Shown here: positions 57,952 to 64,000 of the stretch, piece by piece | How positions within the stretch are numbered: the stretch's first letter is position 1 | Layout of the letters: each line of letters begins with the position of its first letter | Source of the DNA: a virus | Taxonomy: Duplodnaviria; Caudoviricetes | DNA: 64,000 bases | IMG/VR virus record: IMGVR_UViG_642918906_000001 | Location: 64,001 to 128,000 of that record | Strand: one strand, 5' to 3' | Position numbers and translations under genes: made by a program | The notes under the pieces: model-generated | Told to the model about the DNA's origin: nothing | What the model saw: the letters and a program-made list of their open reading frames with translations, nothing else | Database searches by the model: none

Positions 57952-58560
57952 ATGCAATCCATCGCTAAAGCAGTAGGTTCCGTTACCTTCCCAGAATACA
58001 CCGGTGCACAAGTGTACATGGTTGAAGCTACTCCTGAAACCGTAGCGGATGTCGCCCCGGCTCAGTACGTGGCCATGATCATCCAATCGATCAAAGACGC
58101 TATGATTGCAGCGGGTACAAAGTTCTTCCTGACTATTGACGAGCGTGAAGTTCAGGAAGGTACCGCGCATCGCCGTGGTGGTGCACACATTGACGGCAAC
58201 TTCCTCTATGGTTGGGGTGGTGGCGGTGGTAATGGTTGGCTGAATGGCGTACCGGGCCGTATCCTCACACCAGAACAACACTCTGCTCAGTACCTCTCAG
58301 AAATGGGTGGTACTATTATCGCTACCAACTACCCAGGTTGCAAGGTCTGGTCCGGTAGCTATAATAGCGAACCAGGGCGTGGTGGTAGCTGTGAACACTT
58401 CCGTGACGAACTGGAAACCATGGATCAGTTCACCATGGAACCCAATAAAGCATACCTGATGAACTCGACCTGTGTGCATCAGTCGATGCCATTGGATCGT
58501 ACGGTTAAACGTCAACTCGTTCGACTCACTCTGGACAACACTGTTCAAGTAACGCAATAA
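57952..58560 (+). CDS. 2OG-Fe(II) dioxygenase-like protein
   Basis: RRGGAHIDG (HxD), CVHQS (distal His), RQLVRL (2OG-binding Arg). Confidence 0.7.
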   Translation: MQSIAKAVGSVTFPEYTGAQVYMVEATPETVADVAPAQYVAMIIQSIKDAMIAAGTKFFLTIDEREVQEGTAHRRGGAHIDGNFLYGWGGGGGNGWLNGVPGRILTPEQHSAQYLSEMGGTIIATNYPGCKVWSGSYNSEPGRGGSCEHFRDELETMDQFTMEPNKAYLMNSTCVHQSMPLDRTVKRQLVRLTLDNTVQVTQ

Positions 58561-58581
58561 TTTCAACCAAGGAGTAACAAC

Positions 58582-58857
58582 ATGATCCCGTACGACAAAC
58601 TGGAACAATTCGTAACCACTGCCGCTCGTGACAATGCTCGTCAATGGGTAGCTGAAAACGTTACTGGTGATGCCGGCACCAAAAAGGTTGCCGAAATCAT
58701 CGTAGCTAAAAAGATCGAAGAGATCGTGCGTAACCCAGCGAATGAGAACTACGGGTTCCGTGTTGCTCATCTGTATCTCATGAACTGCACGTTCGACGGT
58801 AACAAACTGATCCACACCGACAAACCACTGGAACCATTTTCATTTATCAAGGAGTAA
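58582..58857 (+). CDS. Hypothetical protein
   Basis: SD AAGGAG. Confidence 0.6.
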   Translation: MIPYDKLEQFVTTAARDNARQWVAENVTGDAGTKKVAEIIVAKKIEEIVRNPANENYGFRVAHLYLMNCTFDGNKLIHTDKPLEPFSFIKE

Positions 58858-58861
58858 TAAC

Positions 58862-59362
58862 ATGTTCTTCAAAGAAAACTACAGCTTCGAATTGGGTACT
58901 TTCGCTTCTCACGTGGCGGTGGTTGAACATATCCGTGAAGCAGCCGACGATCCTGTCCAGTTTGACCGTTTCCTGGCGTCGTACAACACCGGTGACCAGA
59001 ACACCCTCAAAGCGGTCGAAGACTTTACGATGCTCGATCTGAACTATCTCTGGGCACTCAATCTGGAGGTGGGTGTTCAATCGATGGCGATTTATCGTCA
59101 CGGTGTTGATACACCGATTGTGGTAATTGAAGAGCGTATGGCGTGGGCTGGTACATCGGAACATACCCACATGGCTGAGTTCGTCAGTCACCACACCGGT
59201 AAGTCGAAGGCACTTCAACGTAAGTTGGGAGCGGAGTTCATTCTCAAGCAACTGAACCTCCTTTCGATCCGTTCTCTCGAAGCTCAGGTCCGTGAAGTTC
59301 GTAAGCACGATGAGACCGGTTGGGCTACTTGTGCATTGGCAACCATCGACGCAGGGAAATAA
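58862..59362 (+). CDS. Hypothetical protein
   Basis: SD AAGGAG. Confidence 0.6.
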   Translation: MFFKENYSFELGTFASHVAVVEHIREAADDPVQFDRFLASYNTGDQNTLKAVEDFTMLDLNYLWALNLEVGVQSMAIYRHGVDTPIVVIEERMAWAGTSEHTHMAEFVSHHTGKSKALQRKLGAEFILKQLNLLSIRSLEAQVREVRKHDETGWATCALATIDAGK

Positions 59363-59363
59363 C

Positions 59364-59651
59364 ATGGCTACTGAATGGACTGCACCAGTAAGTACTCCAA
59401 CTGAATTGTTCATTGCCTTCGCAAATGACGAGAAATCGTTCGGCGATATCTTCAGTGCATGCATCGCGCATTTCGGTTCCGATGTACCATTGGACCAACT
59501 GCGTATCTCTTACGTTCAGTGGGAACATCAACGTGATTGTCATTGCTGTCCACTGGCTTCAGTCCAGTATGGCGATTACTATCGCATCGAACTCGTCTCT
59601 GAAAAATGTGAAGAGACTCCACCATGCACACTCGCTCAACTGACTACGTGA
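59364..59651 (+). CDS. Hypothetical Cys-rich protein
   Basis: ATG 59364; DCHCC motif. Confidence 0.55.
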   Translation: MATEWTAPVSTPTELFIAFANDEKSFGDIFSACIAHFGSDVPLDQLRISYVQWEHQRDCHCCPLASVQYGDYYRIELVSEKCEETPPCTLAQLTT

Positions 59652-59743
59652 AATACGATTTGGGCACCACCGTCATCCTTTGGGGGCTAGGTATTGGCCT
59701 AGCCGGTGGCTTTATCTACAACTTAATAAAGGACTTCCTATGA
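59648..59743 (+). CDS. 31 aa single-TM microprotein, not in the ORF track
   Basis: GTGA overlap upstream and ATGA overlap downstream; MKYDLGTTVILWGLGIGLAGGFIYNLIKDFL. Confidence 0.55.
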   Translation: MKYDLGTTVILWGLGIGLAGGFIYNLIKDFL

Positions 59744-60093
59744 ACACTGCTGAAACTATTCGTCAAATCCACATCGATCGCGATAAAGAGCTTTTCGATC
59801 ACATTGTGGCTGAAATCATGCCGAAGCTGGCTGACCGCGAATGGTTGTTGGACCATCGTAACTACAATCGTTATGACGATGGCGAGATTACCTATTCCTT
59901 CAGGGTTAGTGATATCATCGCCAGTGTCATCGGTCCGAGTGAACGTACCTACGCTTCTACTCAGCTCAACAATCTCATTTACGGACATTTTAATGAGCTG
60001 GGTTTCGTTGCTCGGATCACCAGCGTTAATGAACTCACTCTGAAGACTCCTCCGATGGCGTCAATCGATGAGGACATTGACGATGCTGCGTAA
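59740..60093 (+). CDS. Hypothetical protein
   Basis: SD AAGGA before ATG 59740. Confidence 0.6.
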   Translation: MNTAETIRQIHIDRDKELFDHIVAEIMPKLADREWLLDHRNYNRYDDGEITYSFRVSDIIASVIGPSERTYASTQLNNLIYGHFNELGFVARITSVNELTLKTPPMASIDEDIDDAA

Positions 60094-60451
60094 ACTCTAC
60101 GGTCGTTGGCTGGCAAATCAAATCGAGAAAGTGCTTCATTCAGGTGACTACAATTACCTGCGTCCGTACATGTGCCACGCTGTTCGAAAGGTTCTGCCTT
60201 TCCCAGTATGTTTATTGGTGAACGCGCACATCACACGTGTCCTTGCCAGTAATGACACACTACACGGACATATCGCCATGAGATTCCCTGACTTCTTCCG
60301 CTGGGATTGGGCGCAACGAGAACCAGTGCATCGGCAGTTCTGGATCTACATGTGCGATGCTTTGCGTCAAGGTCATTTCGACTATGGTAAGATCCCCAAC
60401 CTCTATGACCTACGTTTGGTCGGAGCTGACCGGATCGATATTACGGTCTAA
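60083..60451 (+). CDS. Hypothetical protein
   Basis: SD GAGG, overlapping start. Confidence 0.55.
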   Translation: MLRKLYGRWLANQIEKVLHSGDYNYLRPYMCHAVRKVLPFPVCLLVNAHITRVLASNDTLHGHIAMRFPDFFRWDWAQREPVHRQFWIYMCDALRQGHFDYGKIPNLYDLRLVGADRIDITV

Positions 60452-60467
60452 CTAAATAGGAGTTAAC

Positions 60468-60677
60468 ATGAAAGTTTATACTGGTCCATTTGGTCATTAC
60501 AACGCTGGTAGTGTCGGTGCTGTTCTGAACGCGCTGTGTGAACAAGAAGGTCGTTCCTGTGGTGTGGTTGGTAACTACGTCATCGGTAACGGTAAAGTAA
60601 TGCAGAACGGCTTGAACGAGCGGGTTGTTGCTACCTTTGTATGGGATGGCGATGATATCAAGTTCACCTGGCTGTAA
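60468..60677 (+). CDS. Hypothetical protein
   Basis: SD AGGAG. Confidence 0.6.
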   Translation: MKVYTGPFGHYNAGSVGAVLNALCEQEGRSCGVVGNYVIGNGKVMQNGLNERVVATFVWDGDDIKFTWL

Positions 60678-60874
60678 CGGCATAAAGGAGAAGCTCACTG
60701 GGGCACTACTCCCAGTGAGCTAACCGTCGTCTAGGATTAGTGGTCCTGTCCAACGGGTTGACTGCTTAACGTTCAATTCAATTGAATCCCCTCGTGGGAC
60801 CAATTTTCAATCCAGTCTTACAGTCTGGTACGATACAATCATTCACATATAATCTACGCAGGAGTAAACTTTTA

Positions 60875-61150
60875 ATGAATACCCCAGCATCAACCTGCTC
60901 CATTGGCGTTGTAACTCAAGAAGTCTATTCCGATTTCGATATGACTCGTGTACTGCGCGAGTTGAAAGAAGCGATGCGTAAGGGTAATCAATCACGCACG
61001 TTCCACCGCAATGACGATCCAGCGTCGGATAAAGCTGGTGAGTTGCATCCAATGCAGGCGGCCCGACTGGCATACAACGGCTGGACTGTCGAGCGTAGCT
61101 TCAGTGCCTATACCGTGAGTGGCTGGGCGATTCGCGATAAAGAAGAATGA
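60875..61150 (+). CDS. Hypothetical protein
   Basis: SD AGGAG before ATG 60875. Confidence 0.55.
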   Translation: MNTPASTCSIGVVTQEVYSDFDMTRVLRELKEAMRKGNQSRTFHRNDDPASDKAGELHPMQAARLAYNGWTVERSFSAYTVSGWAIRDKEE

Positions 61151-61196
61151 CATAAAGCCTCTCCTTCGGGAGAGGCCTATGTTGTTTATTTTTTTA
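61150..61196. terminator. Terminator between convergent genes
   Basis: GCCTCTCC-TTCG-GGAGAGGC with CATA and TATG flanks and a T tract. Confidence 0.8.
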
Positions 61197-62339
61197 CTTC
61201 TCTTGGCCCATACGGCTGAACATTTTCATGATACCGTAGGTTACCTCAGTAACGTGTTTAATAGTGTTAGCTGCAAGTTCCAATACTGGCGACGCAGCTT
61301 TCTCAATATTACCACGTTTGTCATCAGGTAACCCTTTGATGAACTTTGTCAGTTCGTCAACGTCTTTCTCAAGTTTGGCCATTACTGGACCGAGACCCTT
61401 AACCTTCTCGATTACTTGACCGAAGGTTTTAGTCGACTCAGGAATAACAGTCAGCTCGTCACCTTTACCGCCACGATAATTTTTGTTTACCAGTGCGTAG
61501 GCCAGATGGATAGGCCAGTCAGTGGAAGTCCACTCTTTCATCGGAGCGTCAACATCGATTTCTTCAAAGTAAGCACGACCGTCTTTTACTTTAACGGTGG
61601 TGTTGTTCATCAGCATGATATTCAAGAACTTAGACAGAGCTTTACCGTCTGCACCATTCTCAGCCATCTTGCGTACTTTACCCATACCTTCGGCGATCAA
61701 TGCCTCGAGATCCTTGATACCTTTAATCTCCATGTCGAACTGGGACATGTCCATGAGCTCATTACGCATATGGAATAACTGCCAGGCCTCTTTCTGGTTA
61801 ACCAGAACGATTCGATTTTTTGTATTATGCATGTTACTCTTAATGGCGTTCAACTTACCAAGAGCCTGTTTGTAATTGGACATCATGGTGCCAACCGATT
61901 CATCTACCCGATCAGCATAACCTTCCAGGCTACCAACTGCTGTGCTACGGATATGATCAGCGTGTTCACGGATAGCACGAGTGAACCGACGCACGCCACC
62001 TTTGGTATTTTTAAACTCTTCCATAGAGTGGCTATGTGGCCATCCACCGAGAGTAGATAGTTGAGTAAAGATACGTTTATACGATTCCAGTGCTGGTGCA
62101 GTGGTAATACCATCGGCATCTTCAGCCAATGCATCTAGTTGTTCAGCTACGTCTACGGAGTCAACGATCGGATCAAGAGATACATCCGGTGTATCAATAA
62201 CTTCAGTAATGGTGTTATCGATTACCTGGTCACCTTCAATGACACATTCTGGTGGGATAGTGTTCATGAACTCTTCGATTGCTACTTGTTCAGCGGTCTT
62301 ACCTGCTTTCGGTTTATACAGTGGGTTGGTCTTTGCCAT
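61194..62339 (-). CDS. Internal head protein paralog
   Basis: AIE, ALE, SME and SLE maturation motifs in the acidic N-terminus, as in the 34-44 kb paralogs. Confidence 0.65.
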   Translation of the reverse strand: MAKTNPLYKPKAGKTAEQVAIEEFMNTIPPECVIEGDQVIDNTITEVIDTPDVSLDPIVDSVDVAEQLDALAEDADGITTAPALESYKRIFTQLSTLGGWPHSHSMEEFKNTKGGVRRFTRAIREHADHIRSTAVGSLEGYADRVDESVGTMMSNYKQALGKLNAIKSNMHNTKNRIVLVNQKEAWQLFHMRNELMDMSQFDMEIKGIKDLEALIAEGMGKVRKMAENGADGKALSKFLNIMLMNNTTVKVKDGRAYFEEIDVDAPMKEWTSTDWPIHLAYALVNKNYRGGKGDELTVIPESTKTFGQVIEKVKGLGPVMAKLEKDVDELTKFIKGLPDDKRGNIEKAASPVLELAANTIKHVTEVTYGIMKMFSRMGQEK

Positions 62340-62396
62340 TTCTAAGGTACCTTATAATCTTTAGTTATTTAGCCTGATCAGGGCTGGATATTACAA

Positions 62397-62526
62397 CATA
62401 ACATTGAATTAAAATACTTGATATGCCAACACTGTGTATAAACCCCTACTAAAAGCATAGGATCGCCCGTAGGGCCTTTATTTCTTAATTAACAGATATT
62501 GCGATAGCAATACAACATTGCTTTAC
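62397..62526 (-). repeat. Structured dispersed element, copy 2
   Basis: Reverse-complement homolog of 24037-24167. Confidence 0.8.
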
Positions 62527-62549
62527 TAGCGTAAGCTTAACTACAGTAA

Positions 62550-62642
62550 CGATAAGCCCTCTCACAACAGAGAGGGCATTTATGACGTTAATTACAATGC
62601 TCTCTGCAAGAGGGAATAAAGCCCTCCCCTAAGGGAGGACTA
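62550..62642 (-). terminator. Two stem-loops downstream of the minus-strand paralogs
   Basis: GCCCTCTC...GAGAGGGC at 62556-62577 and CCTCCC-CTAA-GGGAGG near 62623-62638. Confidence 0.55.
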
Positions 62643-62644
62643 GG

Positions 62645-63037
62645 TTATGAACTTACTTCATTGTAGTAATCACGTTTGATCGTATCAAAGTAAGGATCAC
62701 TAACATTCAACTCATGGTCCATGAACAAGGTAGAGTAATTACCTACATCTATTTGATCGTGACTCCAATCTGGATGTGACATACTTTTCTGAACAACCTC
62801 GATCAAAATGCTGTGCATCAAATAGAGTCTTTGCTTAGCTAGATTGAAAGAGTTATAAGTGGAGTAGTCTGTAGGACCCCACCCTTCGATTTCAGCGACG
62901 TATTCAGTAATAGCCGTCATTATACGGATAACGTTCTGTTCAGCCGCGTAAACGATTATGGAGTCACCCTGACGGTATTTGACTCGATGCTTAAGGGTCG
63001 CTATAACTTTTTCTGCAAAGTGGTCAACATTAGCCAT
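62645..63037 (-). CDS. Hypothetical protein, tandem paralog 3
   Basis: Shares motifs with both neighbours. Confidence 0.6.
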   Translation of the reverse strand: MANVDHFAEKVIATLKHRVKYRQGDSIIVYAAEQNVIRIMTAITEYVAEIEGWGPTDYSTYNSFNLAKQRLYLMHSILIEVVQKSMSHPDWSHDQIDVGNYSTLFMDHELNVSDPYFDTIKRDYYNEVSS

Positions 63038-63041
63038 TAGG

Positions 63042-63392
63042 TTACTTCCTCTTTAAAGGTTTAGGGAAATCATGATCGATGAATATGCGATTGTATTGGG
63101 TTACACTACTAAGTGCCGTAAATCGATCTATAGCGTCTTGTACGACGTGGTTATCCACATCAATGCGAATGAACTGCCAACGCTTAGAAGTCTTAGTCAG
63201 TTCATTAAATTGTTTCTCATAGGACTGACCGTTACCGGCATTAGGATACATATACCCGAGTAACAGTTTAAACAGATCCTCACGGTTACCGGCATTTACC
63301 ATAACCAGTATCAGTAATCCATACTTAGCGCTGTTGTGTTCAGTAACGGCCTCGAATACCTTAGTGGCCAGTTTCTCAATATGCTTACGCAT
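63042..63392 (-). CDS. Hypothetical protein, tandem paralog 2
   Basis: Likely start MRKHIEKL, overlapping the upstream stop. Confidence 0.6.
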   Translation of the reverse strand: MRKHIEKLATKVFEAVTEHNSAKYGLLILVMVNAGNREDLFKLLLGYMYPNAGNGQSYEKQFNELTKTSKRWQFIRIDVDNHVVQDAIDRFTALSSVTQYNRIFIDHDFPKPLKRK

Positions 63393-63714
63393 AAACCGAT
63401 TCCTCATAGTCAAAGATGATGGCACTCAAACCACCAACAGTTAGTAATAGATGATTAGATGGTTCAGGATACGGTGCGGGCTTCTGGAATATATCAACCT
63501 GATGACTAAATACTTCTTTAAGGAACCATTCGAGTCGTTCAAGGGTAGGGAATGGTACCTTGTAATATTCCGTAGCCTTAACCAAAAGACGATCTATAAC
63601 AGGTTTGAGATTCTGCCGTGCAGTATAAACATGAATCCATGCTTTCCGTTTCATTACGTCATGTAACCTAAGTTGTGAAAGAATGTCATCTACGATTTTA
63701 TCAATGTTGTCCAT
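63385..63714 (-). CDS. Hypothetical protein, tandem paralog 1
   Basis: Likely start MDNIDKI with SD AGGTG. Confidence 0.6.
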   Translation of the reverse strand: MDNIDKIVDDILSQLRLHDVMKRKAWIHVYTARQNLKPVIDRLLVKATEYYKVPFPTLERLEWFLKEVFSHQVDIFQKPAPYPEPSNHLLLTVGGLSAIIFDYEESVYA

Positions 63715-63730
63715 AGTACACCTAAATAAA

Positions 63731-63752
63731 TGCCTCTCCTTTCGGAGAGGCA
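63731..63752 (-). terminator. Stem-loop after the helicase
   Basis: TGCCTCTCC-TTTC-GGAGAGGCA. Confidence 0.7.
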
Positions 63753-63769
63753 ATATAACGTTTTCTTTT

Positions 63770-64000
63770 TTAGTCCCAAGCGTCATCACCATCGGAACCG
63801 ATATTGTTACCCGGAATAACTCGAATGCAATAGTCTTCTTCTTTATCGATGTCCCACGGCATAGTGCCAACTGGACTCATTGGGATGATGACATATTGAT
63901 CTTCTTCAGGTGTAAGGGTGTTACGGTGCTTACCACGTTGAATAGCAAAGTAGGCCTTACCCTTACGACGGATGATGTGATGGAACAGTTCAAGGTCAGG
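63770..64000 (-). CDS. DnaB-like replicative helicase C-terminus (gp118-like), 5'-truncated; not in the ORF track
   Basis: Manual translation PDLELFHHII...YFAIQRGKHR...DGDDAWD*; the K.R motif fits an SF4 arginine finger. Confidence 0.65.
   Translation of the reverse strand, partial: PDLELFHHIIRRKGKAYFAIQRGKHRNTLTPEEDQYVIIPMSPVGTMPWDIDKEEDYCIRVIPGNNIGSDGDDAWD

Noticed and set aside
63715-63870. N-terminal extension of the 161 aa ORF in the track
   Set aside because: It overlaps the helicase 3' end and a terminator hairpin; the true start is likely 63714
1-64000. tRNA, rRNA, CRISPR array or integrase
   Set aside because: None recognised by eye; intergenic spaces are short and show no regular repeat-spacer pattern (tRNAscan-SE not run)

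Overview
This 64 kb window comes from a phiKZ-like (Chimalliviridae, nucleus-forming) jumbo phage, most likely a Pseudomonas phage of the phiKZ/phiPA3/201phi2-1 group. Gene order follows the phiKZ gp65-gp118 region. All phiKZ/phiPA3 gene equivalences below rest on recalled synteny and motifs, not a database search. (1) 1-13.6 kb is the core nucleus/transcription block: SbcD-like nuclease, ChmC, nvRNAP gp68-like subunit, PicA/Imp1, gp70-like protein, intron-free nvRNAP beta and beta' subunits, and an SF2 helicase. (2) 14-24 kb holds a virion RNAP beta' subunit, MazG-like and NADAR-like genes, and the exonuclease half of the split PolB. (3) 24-50.5 kb is a late virion cluster of head/inner-body proteins with S/A/G-x-E maturation motifs and baseplate/neck proteins, with an inserted Gp49/Acb4-like sponge gene. 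(4) 50.6-61 kb is an early accessory array behind TATATTAC promoters, including a macrodomain, a minimal NTase, a 2OG-Fe oxygenase and many small membrane proteins. (5) The window ends with a head-protein gene, three tandem paralogs and the 3' end of the DnaB-like helicase. The most striking unexplained signal is a ~130 bp structured intergenic element present twice, 38 kb apart and inverted (24037-24167 and 62397-62526). It has covarying stems closed by GNA/GNNA loops on the template strand and sits in the same position ahead of late virion genes.
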